Below are positions 22,237 to 35,036 of a stretch of 64,000 nucleotides of DNA, piece by piece. The stretch comes from Mytilus edulis (Eukaryota). The notes beneath the pieces were generated by a model. It was not told the origin of the DNA. It ran no database searches and saw only the letters and a list, made by a program, of their open reading frames with translations. A program made the position numbers and the translations under genes. The DNA lies in the NCBI RefSeq assembly GCF_963676685.1, contig NC_092350.1, positions 18,662,001 to 18,726,000 on the forward strand, written 5' to 3'. Positions within the stretch are counted from its first letter, which is position 1. Every line of letters starts with the position of its first letter.

Positions 22237-23734
22237 TGAGTCCTTCATTATTTAAAATTTTTATAAATGACTTCCCATCTTATCTTGACTCCTGCCTGGA
22301 TGCAGTTTCCCTGCACTCCGAGAAATTAAATTGTTTGATGTATGCAGATGATATTGTGATTATGTCAACATCAGCCACAGGGCTTCAAAGTAGACTTGAT
22401 CAGCTAGAAAAATATTGTGCTGACTGGTGCCTTAAAGTTAATATTAAAAAGACTAAAGTCATAATTTTTAATAAGGCTGGAAGGAAAATTCAAGCGAATT
22501 TTCGACTGCAGAATAACTTGATTGACTGTGTCGCTCATTACAAATATTTGGGTGTTCACTTTACTGCATCTGGAAGTTTTCATCTAGCTAAAACTGAACT
22601 TTATAATAAGGCTCTTAAGGCCTACTATAAACTTAGAAAGGATTTTATCAATTTGTCTCCTGGAATAAAATCTTGTGTTCATATTTTTGATCATACCCTT
22701 AAACCCATTCTGTTATATAATTCAGAGGTATGGGGAGGTTATAATGTTTCTTGTAATAAATTACAGTCTTCCTTATTTAATCTTGAAAATATTTTTAAAA
22801 ATCTTAAGTGTGAGAATCTCCATCTTAAATTTTCTAAGTTTATACTTGGTGTACACAAAAGGAGTGTCAATTTTGCTGTATTATCAGAACTGGGGCGTTT
22901 CCCCTTACATTATGATATTGTAAAGTCAATTGTAAAATACTGGTATAGATTTGAAAATCTTACAACTGAATTCAGTCTATTGAAAGATGCTTATAAATGC
23001 AGCCAAGAGCTTCACAAATCTAACATAACTTCTTGGTACTCATTTGCTAAGAAAGTATTAGAAGTTTTTGAAATTAAACCAGAAGTAAAACATTTTGGAC
23101 AATATAAATTTTTGAACATATCTAGCAAATTAATTCACACTAAATATATTAGCAATTGGTATGCTAGCCAAAATAAAGCTTCTGATGGAAAACTGTTTAA
23201 TTATGTGAAATTTAAGCAGAATTTTGGTTATGAAAATTATCTTTCTTTAATAAAGGACTTTGATTTAAGAAGATCTATATGCAAATTACGTATTTCTGCT
23301 CATAAGCTTCAAATTGAAGTTGGACGTTTTTCAAATATTCCACGAAATGAAAGAATTTGCAAAAAATGCTCCTCTGGCTGTGTTGAAGATGAAATCCATT
23401 TTTTAACTAACTGTGAAAATTCTAAATCAGATAGAGATGCTCTCTTTGACTTTGTTTGCCAAAGAATTCCAAATTTTTCTTTACTGGATAATCAGCATAC
23501 ATTTATTTATTTATTAAACTGTGAAGACAATCAGGTCCTTAATGCTGTTGGTAAATTTATTAAAGTGAATATGAGTTAGTAATTGTATTGTTACTGTATG
23601 TAAAATAATGTTTGTATCTACATTATATGTATCTATCAAATTAATATTCTTTTTCCTTATTCATGTATGCTCTGTATGCCCCTTGTGGGCCCTTAATTGG
23701 AAATAAAATATGTTATGTTATGTTATGTTATGTT
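22237..23734 (+). mobile_element. 5'-truncated non-LTR retrotransposon (LINE) with intact RT C-terminal ORF (to 23579)
   Basis: LSPSLFKIFIND, YADD, YKYLGV and a C-terminal RICKKC..EDEIHFLTNC zinc motif; AATAAA followed by a (TGTTA)n tail; probable TSD ATATTAT (22230-36, 23735-41). Clade (RTEX/L2/CR1 group) not determined. Confidence 0.92.
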
Positions 23735-23780
23735 ATATTATATCCCTGTTTGATCTGCTACCTTTCACACAAAAAGAGCA

Positions 23781-26700
23781 ATGGACGAAATGAACGAAAT
23801 AGGAATAGGAATGACACCTGAACTGTTTGCTGCTGTATTTACTCTTTTATTGAAATTTTCATAGGCAACAATGAATGAAATTATTTTTTTCACTTTTGAA
23901 CCCGCTGTTGTATTATAATTCCTGCATCAGATAATCAAACATCTCATCCTCAATGCCTCTTTTCTGACCAAAATTATCCATCACTGCTTTATCTCTTGAG
24001 CCATGTATTAACCCAAAGCCTTTAGGGGTATGGTTGAGTCTTGGAGATGAAGAAAGCTATTTTTATCCTACTTTCACTTTGGTGAAACAACCTGTACTTT
24101 CACTTTCAACAATCATGGCAATCATTCTTTTCCCTCATATTTAATTAATATATTTCAGTATAGAAAATTTATTAGCACAAACACATAAGTTTACATGAAG
24201 TGAATATGGCATACAGTATATTAACCTGACAATGATTTAATTGAAGTGACAGCTAGTGATATACATGTATATATATGTCATAGTGACTTAATAGTTGGTA
24301 ACTATATTGGTAGACCATGATCAACATTATTACAGATGTGTATCTCCTTTTTTGATACATTGGATTTATTTCTCGGGTTTCCAATGAAAGATAACATTTG
24401 TGTGAAACTTGGTCATTTTTTGTGACAGACTTGGGGAATAGCTTTGGTAGAAAGGATGGAGGCTAGAATATATGAAGTAACATTATGTTTTCCCTTTATC
24501 AGATGCTGCAGCATCAGCAGGCAATGGGTGGTTTTATGTTTCCTGGAGAATCAGACGAGGATGAAGATGAAGAAAATGAGGAAGAAATACAAAGTAATAT
24601 AATTATAGCTTATTAATGCATTGTTTAAGCTACATGTAGTTTTAAATTAATGAGTACTTCATGAAAATAATTCCATTAGATATATTTCAAACCCATGAAA
24701 AGATATTGTGCATGCATACACCAAACATCAATGAGACAACACCCTAACAAAACAACATGAGCATGTAATGATAAGTCCGAGATTACTCTGGCGTCCAACG
24801 GCTGTTTTGCCAGACAAGCTGGGGCCCTCCCACGAGTAGAGATGACATCATTAATGATTGACTGATTTTTGGTTGCATATATAATGTCCAGTGTGTAATA
24901 TTTCAATATGAAGCATGTTCAGGACTAGATAACTTAAAATTAAATGCAATGAATAGATAGGTCCTATCATAGAGGCTGTTTTTGATGAAGGTCAGGAAAT
25001 TTGAACTACCACTTGGAAATGATGGTACATTGTATATTGAATAGGTTCGAAATTTCTCCTTGCAACAGGCCACTTTATAGAGTCGTTACAAGGTTTCTTG
25101 GTGTGCAAAGAGCATGGCATTCTCTTAACACCAGGCATCGGATTTAAAGTCTCTATTCTGACTGGGTATTGCTGCTCACTTGTACATAGTACAGCCAAAC
25201 AGACACCCCACTTTGGCAAGCCAATCTGAAGAAAACCAAAGTGCCCATATTTCTATTCCCCAGTCAATGTGTGAAATTCACTGTGAAAGACCTGATATTA
25301 AAGCAAACAGACAATGAAACTCCTACAATATTGTATGCTTTCCCAAAAAACTGAACAGTAACACTAAATTCCAGAAACTTTCAAGCTCTTATTTGTGTGT
25401 GCTAATTAAAAATGCAATAACAGTAGAAGCATATATATATATAAATTCAAATGTCATAGAATATTTAAAATTATTTTTTTAAACGATATTTATTGAAATC
25501 ATTCACTCATATTTTTTTTTTAATTTAATCAATACATTCATAATGATGATTGTGTTTGACTTGCTTCTGAAAATGCTGAACTAATGATTTGTTTGTTTAT
25601 AGCATGTTCATATTTTTTTTTTGTATTTTTTTTTTTAGACAATTCAGTATGATTAATATGGATCTGTTCCAATGATTTTTCAGAGTAAATGATTTGGATT
25701 TGAATATTTTTAATACTCTGCTTATATGTTTTTATTGAATTTTCAGATAATCCAAAGAAAAGAATATTATGGGCGGCAGAAAACAATCATTTAGACATAG
25801 TGGAATCAATTTTACAGTCTGACCCAGAATTGATCAAATCTTGTGACGATGACATGTATACTCCACTTCATAGAGCATGCTATAATGGTCATGTTGATAT
25901 GGTTAAGGTACACAAAATGTAGGAAAAACATGAAAAAATGAAAAAAGATTATTTGGACTTTTGCATTATGGATTTTAATCCCAAGGTCCAGGCAAATTTA
26001 AACATAAAATACAAAAAATGGGATAAAACAAGGGCAAATTAAGTTTTATGGGAAGAAATCGCCATCCATGAGAGACATGACAACCAAATCTACTCTTCAC
26101 AAGAGACCAAATGACACAGAAATTAACAATATATAGGTATATAGGTAACTGTATGGCCTTCAACCATGAGCTAAGCCCAAACCAAATAAACGGCCATAAA
26201 AAGCCCCAACAAATATAAAACAATTCAAAAGAGAAATCTAACGGCATAATTTGTGTTCAAATTATGAACGAAAAACAAATTTGTAACACAGCAACAAACG
26301 ACAACCACTGAATTACAGGCTCCTGCCCTGAGATACACACATACATACAGAATTTGGTGGATTTAATCATGTTAGCTGGATCCCAACCCTCCCCTAACAA
26401 AGGTATAATAGTACAATATCAGAGAAAACTATAAAAAAAAATCAGTTGAAAAAGGCATTACTCATCAGATGAATACAAATAGAAATACAACTTAACAAAA
26501 ACACAGAATCGATGCGGCGGGGTACTTGTGCATCCCAAAATAAAAAGACACTAAGTGTATATCTGAGAGTACTCACAGCTACTGACAAAGGTGTATTTAT
26601 AATATGTAAAGTGAATAAGTTCAACAGAGGCTATCATTGATGTTTTTTTTAAAACTTTTTTACAGTTACTGATAAGAAAGAATGCAGATGTTAATGCTAA

Positions 26701-26986
26701 GACATCAGATGGATGGCAACCGATTCACAGTGCTGCAAGATGGAATCAGTCAGAAGTTATTAAAGTTTTACTAGAACATAATGCAGATATAAATTCACAG
26801 ACAAATGGCGGTCAAGCACCGCTACATCTAGCTTCCTCCTGTAAAGATACTCGGGAAACATTGACATTGTTATTATCCAATCCAAACACTGACAGGACTA
26901 TTATAAACAATCTTGGTGAAACAGCAGAGACAATTTGTAAAAGAACAAGTGCACTGTGTAAATTATATGAGGAAATAAAAACGTAA
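23781..26986 (+). CDS. ANKRD49: Ankyrin repeat domain-containing protein 49 orthologue
   Basis: Exons 23781-23834 (less certain), 24503-24593, 25747-25907 and 26666-26986, phases compatible. Acidic tract, then ILWAAENN...YTPLHRACYNGH...DGWQPIHSAARWN...APLHLAS...NNLGETA, matching the ANKRD49 layout. Confidence 0.88.
26075..26590 (-). mobile_element. Family C retroelement tail in the ANKRD49 intron, with decayed twister-like core (about 26312-26400)
   Basis: The reverse strand reads ggggagggttgggatcc...attaaatccacc...caggagcctgt. Confidence 0.65.
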
Positions 26987-27334
26987 AATGTATATTAATT
27001 TACTACTGGGGTTCATTTGTTGTAACCCAACCTTCTTTTGGGACAATCAATGCATTTAAATGGGGACATTTATTTGGACCTGCCTCTACATGTTTGAATA
27101 TGACTGGATCTAGCCCTGCAAATGATAGGTATATTGCATCCACTTACTACCTGTTGTTCACATCATACTGCAACATATAAATGCAAACAAATTATTGCAA
27201 CATTTTAATGCAAACAAACAACATATACATGATATTTATAATAGATTGTGTAATAACAGTTGTTTTTGAACTGACATGATATTGTAGTATTAATAATATC
27301 GTAGAGTTTCCACATAGATTTGTCCAAGTCATGA

Positions 27335-28760
27335 AGGCAGTTTTCTAACTATGGCATACCTCCACTGTTACTAGATGTGGCGGTGTTCCAATTATGGAAT
27401 ACCACTGCTATTACTTATTGTGGCAGTGTTCAAAGTAAGGCATTCCACTAGAATGAATAGTTGCGGTATTTATCCAACTAAGGCACATCACTGGACTAAC
27501 TAAGGCAGACCAGCAGAATAACTAGTTGTGGCAGTGTTCTAACTTTGATATACCACTTTTGTTACTAGTTGTGGCATATATATATCTAACTTGGGCATAC
27601 CACTTATATAACTAGTTGTGACAGGTTGTCAAACTAAGGCATACCACTGCTATTTCTAGTTTGGCAGTTTTTGTTGAGCACATGACTTTTGTGACTAAAA
27701 GCTTGACATAGGGATAGTGATCTGGCGGCAGCAGCATTAGCTTATCTCTTATAAGCTTAATATTTCAGAAGGTAGAATACCTTGATCTTTCATACTTTGT
27801 ATAAAGATGCCTTACCATATAAAGTTTCTGTCTGTCATATGTCCATTGTCCTCATTTTCAATGTTTCAGTTACTACTTGAACAAAAAAAAAGTGCTGTTA
27901 ATTTGTCTCTAGTTATGATAAATAGGATAACTATATTTGGTATGTGAATACTTTCATATGACTTTGCAAGGTCCTTAAGCCCGTCAGACAGTTTTCACTT
28001 GACCTTGATCTCATTTCATGGATCAGTGAACTAAATTAAGTTTTGGTGTTCAAGTCTATATATATATGTGCTATAAACAATGGGTCTATATTTGATAAGG
28101 AATGATTGTATTGACCATTGGCAGGTGTCATCTGACCTTGACCTCGTTTTCATAATTCAGTTAAAGCTAAGTTTTTGTGTTTTGGTCTATTTTGCTTATA
28201 CTGTATGCAGAATGTCTACAATGTCTGGTGTATGCAATAATTGTAAGGAATACATGTCTGTCTGGCCAGGCTCATCTGACCTTGACCTCATTTTCAGGGT
28301 TCATTGATCAATGTTAAGTTTTCCTGGTTAAGTTTGTTTCTTAGATATGCAATATGTCAACTACATGTATATTTAAAGCAAATTTGGTATGTAATGATTT
28401 CGGTTTTGGTTTATCTGACCTTTGGCTACATTTTCTTGGATTATGTTTAAGATTATGTGATAGTTGTAGTAAAGCTTTATACTGATAACTATCAACATAA
28501 TATCAATGGTTAGTAAAGAAGGCAAGATATTTCAGGGTGTGCACTGTTTATCTAAGGCATACCACTGATGTTACTAGTTGTGGCAGTGTCCCTAATAAGG
28601 CATACAACTGCTATTTCTGGTTGTAGTGTTGTTACTAAGTCATACCACGGCTGTAACTAGTTGTGGCAGTGTTCTAACTCATGCAGACCACTTATAGTAC
28701 TAGTACTGGCTGTGTTCTAACTAAGGCATACCATCTATTAGTTATGGGAGTGTTTAAACT
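27335..28760. repeat. Degenerate satellite of about 43 bp with palindromic units, split by a HINE-like insertion
   Basis: Consensus ctaactaaggcataccactgctataactagttgtggcagtgtt at about 27335-27668 and 28550-28760, with further decay to about 29190. Confidence 0.75.
27668..28548 (+). mobile_element. Pearl/HINE-like element family 3 (older copy)
   Basis: Colinear with 30895-31687. Confidence 0.8.
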
Positions 28761-29454
28761 TTTGAATATTAGTTTCAACTATTGTTAATACAGAAATTAT
28801 TAAGAGGTTTTTATGAATGCGAAAAAAGCAACTGAATAAGTATTGCAATAATAAGTACTCGTAATTTGATATCTGATAGTCATCATACATATATACATGT
28901 ATCTGTAGGAAGATTTCCAGATATCTGATAGTCTTCATACATATATCTGTAAGAAGATTTCCCGATATTGCATTAACTAATCAATTCTTAACATATCATA
29001 TAAATAAATGCACATTATAATTTCTGAATTTACAGTATGCAGTCTACAAGCTGTTACTTGTTCTAGCAATGTTCCAAATATTGCTGTTATAAGTTGTTGT
29101 GGGTTCTAACTACAGTATTCAAAGTACTGATATTAATAGTTGTGACAGTGTTTCAACAGTTATATAAAGTCATACCAGTTGTTACTAGAAACTAAATAAA
29201 GGCAACAGTAGTAACAATTGTTCAAAAGTCATAAATCGTTTTAGAGAAAACAAATCCGGGTTGAAACAAAAATTGAGGGAAACACATCAACTCTAAGTGG
29301 AAAACAAAGGAACTACAGGATCAGGTACTAAAGAACAACAACAAATTTTGCATATACTGATAGGGAAGCGTTTCGTTTGAATTGTATTCGGTTCACAAAA
29401 TGGGTGGCTGTTGACTCCATTTTTATTCCCCACAACAGACGAAATCAAAGCGGA

Positions 29455-30718
29455 CTTTAGTACCATTAAAACGTTTAATCCCGCTGCAAATATTTGCACC
29501 TGTTTTAAGTCAGGAATCTGATGTACAGTAGTTGTCGTTTGTTTATGTAATTTATACGTGTTTCTCGTTTTTAACCGGATTTTTGTGACAAAAATGTCGG
29601 TTATTGATTTGGGGATGTACGGCGGGCGGGCGGTCGGGCAGTCGGGCGGTCGGGCGGGCGGGCGGGCGGCAATCAAATGTTGTCCGTGCATTAACTCATG
29701 AACCGTTCAACCAAAGCTTTTAAAATTTTAATATGTTATTACTGACAACTATTCGAAGGTCAAGTTCAATAATGGCGATTTTGACTTTTACCGTTCAGGA
29801 GTTATGGTTCTTGAAAGATTGAAAAATGGAGTTGTCCGTGCATTTACGCATGAACTGTTCTACCAAAGCTTCCCAAATTTTAATATGTTGTTACTTATGA
29901 AAGAATGGAGGTCAAGTTCAATAATGACGAATTTGACTTTTACCGTTCAGGAGTTATGGTTCTTGAAAGATTGAAAAATGGAGTTTCCAGTCGTGTCCGT
30001 GCATTTATGCATGAACTGTTCTACCAAAGCTTCCGAAATTTTAATATGCTGTTACTGATGACAAAATGGAGGCCAAGTTCAATAATGACGATTTTGACTT
30101 TTACCGTTCAGGAGTTATGGTTCTTGAAAGATTGAAAAATGGTGTTTCCCGTCGTGTCCGTGCATTTTCTCATGAACCATTCAACCAAAGCTTTTGAAAT
30201 TTTAATATGTTGTTACATATGACAAAATAGAGGTCAAGTTCAATAATGACGATTTTGACTTTTACCGTTCAGGAGTTATGGTTCTTGAAAGATCGTAAAA
30301 TGGCGTTTCCATTCAGGTTGTTGCATTTACTCATGAACCATTCAATCTAAGCTTTTCAAATTTTTATATGTTGATACTGATGACAAAATGGAGGTCAAAT
30401 CTGATATTGACGATTTTCACTTTCACCATTCATCAGTAATGGTTCTTGTGATATTGCCAGGACACAAATAAATGTTAATAAATCCGGTTTGCTGTCGTTG
30501 TGACAGCCTCTTGTTTTTATATAGACTAGACCGTTGGTTTTCCCGTTTGAATGGTTTTACACTAGTAATTTTGGGTCTCTTTATAGCTTGTTGTTCGATG
30601 TGAGCCAATGCTCCGTGTTGAAGGCCGTACATTGACCTATAATGGTTTACTTTTATAAATTGATATTTGGATGGAGAATTGTCTCATTGGCACTCACACC
30701 ACATTTTCCTATATCTAT
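29455..30718 (+). mobile_element. Family C retroelement tail with partial twister-like core (29476-29523), interrupted by a HINE
   Basis: UAA-UCCC-GCU-GCAAAUAUUUGC-A-CCUG-UUUUAAGU-CAGG-A; downstream sequence matches 11257-11771. Confidence 0.75.
29570..30513 (+). mobile_element. Pearl/HINE-like element family 2, with 5 internal cores
   Basis: Same termini as 17582-18209; inserted in a T-run of the host element. Confidence 0.88.
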
Positions 30719-30894
30719 TTAGGGTTGCACTCCGTCCGTATGTATGTATGTCTTGTGGCTAATCAGTTTTCAACACTTTTTTCTCTGTGCCTTGAGAGAT
30801 TTATTTGATATGTGGTGTATTCATGTATAGTTTTATCATGACAAGTAATTGAAGTTACAGATCAAGATGGTGAATTCTGTTACTGTCTGATGAT

Positions 30895-31687
30895 TTTTTG
30901 TCGAGCCTGCAACTTTTGTTGCAGAAAACTCGACATAGGGATAGTGATCCGGCGGCGGCGGTGTTAGCTCACTTCTTAAAAGCTTTATATTTCAGAAGGT
31001 GGAAGACATGGATGCTTCATACTTTGTATATAGATGCTTCATGTTATGAAGTTTCCGTCAGTCACATGTCCAATGTCCTTGACCTCATTTTCATGGTTCA
31101 GTGACCACTTGAAAAAAAGTTCAAATTTTTTGTAATGTTGAATTCTCTCTTATTTTAAGTAATAGGATAACTATATTTGGTATGTGCGTACCTTGCAAGG
31201 TCCTCGTGTCTGTCAGACAGTTTTCACTTGACCTCGACCTCATTTCATGGATCAGTGATCAAGGTTAAGTTTTGGTGGTCAAGTCCATATCTCAGATACT
31301 TTAAGCAATAGGGCTAGTATATTCGGTGTATGGAAGGACTGTAAGGTGTACATGTCCAACTGGCAGGTGTCATCTGACCTTGACCTCATTTTCATGGTTC
31401 AGTGGTTATAGTTTAATTTTTGTGTTTTGGTCTGTTTTTCTCATACTATATGCAATAGGTCTACTATATTTGTTGCATGGAATGATGGTAAGGTGCTCAT
31501 GTCTAGCGGGCAGATGTCATCTGACCTTGACCTCATTTTCATGGTTCAGTGGTCTTTGTTTAGTTATCTTGGTTAATGTTAAGTTTATGAGACAGTTGTA
31601 ATAAAACTAAGCTTTATACTTAGGACTATCAACATAATATCAATGATTAGTAAAGAAGGCGAGACATTTCAGCGTGTGCACTCTTGT
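30895..31687 (+). mobile_element. Pearl/HINE-like element family 3
   Basis: 5' inverted repeat gtcgag...ctcgac, (GGC)n microsatellite, tandem gaccttgacctcattttcatgg cores, CTTGT end; nested in an older tandem-core element. Confidence 0.8.
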
Positions 31688-32165
31688 TGTAGAGTTATGG
31701 TCCTTTGGATTTCACTTATATAATCAGTTTTCGACAATTTTTTTCGTCATGCTTGAAGATATTGACTTGATAATTGGTATAAAGTTTTATCATATAACAG
31801 ATCAATTCCGAATTAAGATCTCGTTTGACGATTTTGTGCAGGGTTATTGTTCTTGTACTTTGAAAATTAACTAAGTTAATCAATTTTCCACACTTTTTTT
31901 GTCATGATTGAAGATATTGACTTGAAATATGTTATATAGTTTACACCATACTATGTTATAGAACTAGTAAGCATTTGGTTCCAGCATTTTTAACCGTAGA
32001 GGACTATTTTTTGCCATCAATACGCTCAGAATGCTTGTAAATGATTTGACTTTAAGGATGTCTAAAAGCCAAATATATCAACACTATATCTCTTATGGTT
32101 TACAAAGGATTGAAACCAAACCAATTAATTTGGTATATCTTCACACCATAGTTGAACACCTCTCT

Positions 32166-32460
32166 TTTTATGCCCCACCTACAATACACCTACGATAGTA
32201 GAGGGGCATTATGTTTTCTGTTCTGTGCGTCCGTCCGTCCGTTCGTCCGTCTGTCCCGCTTCAGGTTAAAGTTTTTGGTCAAGGTAGTTTTTGGTAAAGT
32301 TGAAGTCCAATCAACTTGAAACTTAGTACACATGTTCCCTATCATATGATCTTTCTAATTTAATTCCAAATTAAAGTTTTGACTCCAATTTCACGGTCCA
32401 ATGAACATGGAAAATGATAGTGCGAGTAGGGCATCCGGGTTCTATGGAAACATTCTTGTT
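32166..32460 (+). mobile_element. Pearl/HINE-like element family 1
   Basis: atgcccc...ggggcat inverted repeat, (CGTC)n microsatellite, CTTGT end; sister of 3908-4211. Confidence 0.8.
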
Positions 32461-32894
32461 TAGAGTGTTCTTATTTTGTACTGTTTTTCTTCATGCTTGA
32501 AGACATTGATTTGATATTTGGTATACTGTTTTATCATGACAAGTTATAGATTAAGTTCGAAGTCATTCCGGTCTTATGATTTTATGCAGAGTTATGGTCC
32601 TTGGATTTCAGCTAAATAATCCCTTTTTCAACACGACTTTTCGTCATGCCTGAAGTTATTTACTGGAAATTTATTATATAGTTTTGATCATGACAAGTTA
32701 TAGATCAAGTTAAAATTTTGTTTCAATACATAAAGGCAACAGTAGTATACCGCTGTTCGAAATTCATAAATTGATAGACAAAAAACAAATTCGAGTTACA
32801 AACTTAAACCGAGGAAAACACATCAGCTATATGAAGAAAACAACGAAACAACAGAAACACTGAAGTGAAAAAAACCCAAACCAAACGACAATGT

Positions 32895-33066
32895 AAAGTA
32901 AAATCTCAAAAATACTGAACACCGAGGAAAATTCAAAACGGAAGGTCCCTAATCAAATGGCAAAATCAAATGATCAAACACATCAAACGAATGGACAATT
33001 GTCATATTCCTGACTTGTTACAGACATTCTCAAATGTACAAAATGGTAGATCGAACCTGGTTTTAC
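32895..33066 (-). mobile_element. Family D retroelement tail with decayed twister-like core
   Basis: Reverse complement of 49383-49558. Confidence 0.7.
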
Positions 33067-33524
33067 CACACACAGAAACGAACTATAAGATAACAACTGC
33101 CATTGAATTTTGAACCTGTAGGGGACTATGTATTGCCATGCCATACTCACAGAATGCTTGTTGTTAACTGTTTTTTAAATTAGGCGATTATTTTTCTCAA
33201 TTGAATTGGTTCATTATTTTTTTTCATGTCTGGGCCTTTTATAGACGACCCTACGATATGGGTGTTTCGGAATGTTGAACGCCGTATGGTTATAATAAAG
33301 AATAAGATACTTTAACTACAAAAAAATAATGAAATAATGTAGTCCTGTTTTATTCCACCAATTTTTATTAAAAACATTTACGTATTGCTTAAAGGTTTTG
33401 CCAAACAATGCATGTAATAATACGAATTCCTGAGATGAGCCTATCATTCGTATAGTAAGACGATGCTATATAACTAACAAAAAAATTCGCGATGCAAAGC
33501 ACGAAAAATAACATTAATACCCTA

Positions 33525-34427
33525 TTATCCAATAAAAAATCCAGAAAATGTACTGAATCCCCAGTGGACATAAAATGGTCTCTGTCCGTAGTTTTTGTTC
33601 TTTTCCATCCACACACGATCCCCCTTCTTCAGATTGAGAATGACTGCATTCATAGCATGATTCCAGTTTGCTTTCCGAGCATCAGGATATACGAGCATTT
33701 TATAAGTGTCGTTAACTTTCAGGAAGACTTCTAACGCAGACCCACACTTAGTTAAAATTGAACACATAAAAACATAGGATCCAGAAAACGGAGCGGTGAA
33801 AACGGATGTCAAACGATTGAAAGCATTCCCTTCATTAGATCTGACTTCCAAAAATTTTATTGTCGCCCCAGGATCAACATTGGATTGACTGTGTGCAAAA
33901 GCCGAAAACGCAACAATTGGTCTTTTTACTGGAACAGAAAGGCGTTTTTCTAATGAAGATATGTCACTCATAATTTTGTCCTGGTTCAATTTGATTTTAA
34001 TTTGATTTTTATCATACAGATCCAGTCTTTTTTCTTGAGAAGCAAGTTTGTCAATAAGTGTTTTATTTTTCAATTGAAGCCGGTCTTGATTCTTCGTGAT
34101 ACGTGCTATCTTTTTAGACGAAATAACAACTTCAAGGTTTTTAAGCACAGATTTAATGTCGTCGATTTTCGACTCATGCTTCTCCAGTTTTCTTTCTTGC
34201 TGTCGAAGTTTCTCTTCTAATCGAGCAGTTTTCATTTCACACATCTCTTTCTGTGAATTGACGACAAATTCTATGGTTTTGAACCAGTTAAAATCTTCAC
34301 CCCTTTTCTTCACACCAGGGTTATCTGACAATAATCTGTCATCATTTCCTTTCTCAAATTTTTCAGTGAAATATAGCTGAACCACGCTTAAGAAAGTTAA
34401 AGCAATAATCCAATAATTATTAACCAT
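33525..34427 (-). CDS. Secreted C1q-domain-containing protein (C1qDC), 300 aa, single exon
   Basis: Hydrophobic signal peptide, long coiled coil, and a gC1q domain (VAFSA, IKF..V.SNEGNAFN...VFTAPFSGSYVF, LNLKKGDRVW, STFSGFFI). Confidence 0.93.
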   Translation of the reverse strand: MVNNYWIIALTFLSVVQLYFTEKFEKGNDDRLLSDNPGVKKRGEDFNWFKTIEFVVNSQKEMCEMKTARLEEKLRQQERKLEKHESKIDDIKSVLKNLEVVISSKKIARITKNQDRLQLKNKTLIDKLASQEKRLDLYDKNQIKIKLNQDKIMSDISSLEKRLSVPVKRPIVAFSAFAHSQSNVDPGATIKFLEVRSNEGNAFNRLTSVFTAPFSGSYVFMCSILTKCGSALEVFLKVNDTYKMLVYPDARKANWNHAMNAVILNLKKGDRVWMEKNKNYGQRPFYVHWGFSTFSGFFIG

Positions 34428-35036
34428 TTCAAGATTAAGGCGTCAATTATTTCGATTTCTATGTTAGTTTAACAGTGCTACCAAAACATTAAAATTAATG
34501 TACATATGTTACATGGTTAAAGTAATAATAGACATTAATTGTATAATTGCATGTCGTCTACATATACACTATTCGTGCAGCGTCGGAAAATATAAAACAT
34601 TTCTTACCCTGCACAATTATTTAATTTAAATTCAATACTGCAATTTAACATTGAACTTAGACGTATAAGTTTTTTCAAATCTTCTTGTTGAATTTGTATC
34701 TGAAGCGAAATTAAATGACTTTTAAACGTGTACCTAAATGAGGACATTATGTTTGATACATAAGTTAGTGACATATATTTTGAAAAATCAAACATGAAAA
34801 AATATGAGAGTGAAACTGCAATATCTATCATGTACTTTTGAGGATGTTATTTACATCCTGACTATATCTATTATTTTTGATACATATGTATTCGTTAATG
34901 AATATCCTCCATTATTTACCCACATACTGAAATAAGGTCAAATATCTGAATGATTATCTCCTATATAAATGAAATATCTCTTTTTTCATTTACCATAATA
35001 TCATAGTATAAATCAGATACACCTGATCGGACTAAC

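Noticed and set aside
26455-26475. CTGATGAG on the minus strand (and other CTGATGA hits such as 49796) as hammerhead cores
   Set aside because: No stem II followed by GAAA.
33492-34380. Plus-strand ORFs overlapping C1qDC, and the other short ORFs in the track
   Set aside because: Antisense shadows or AT-rich and TE-derived frames with no recognisable domain.
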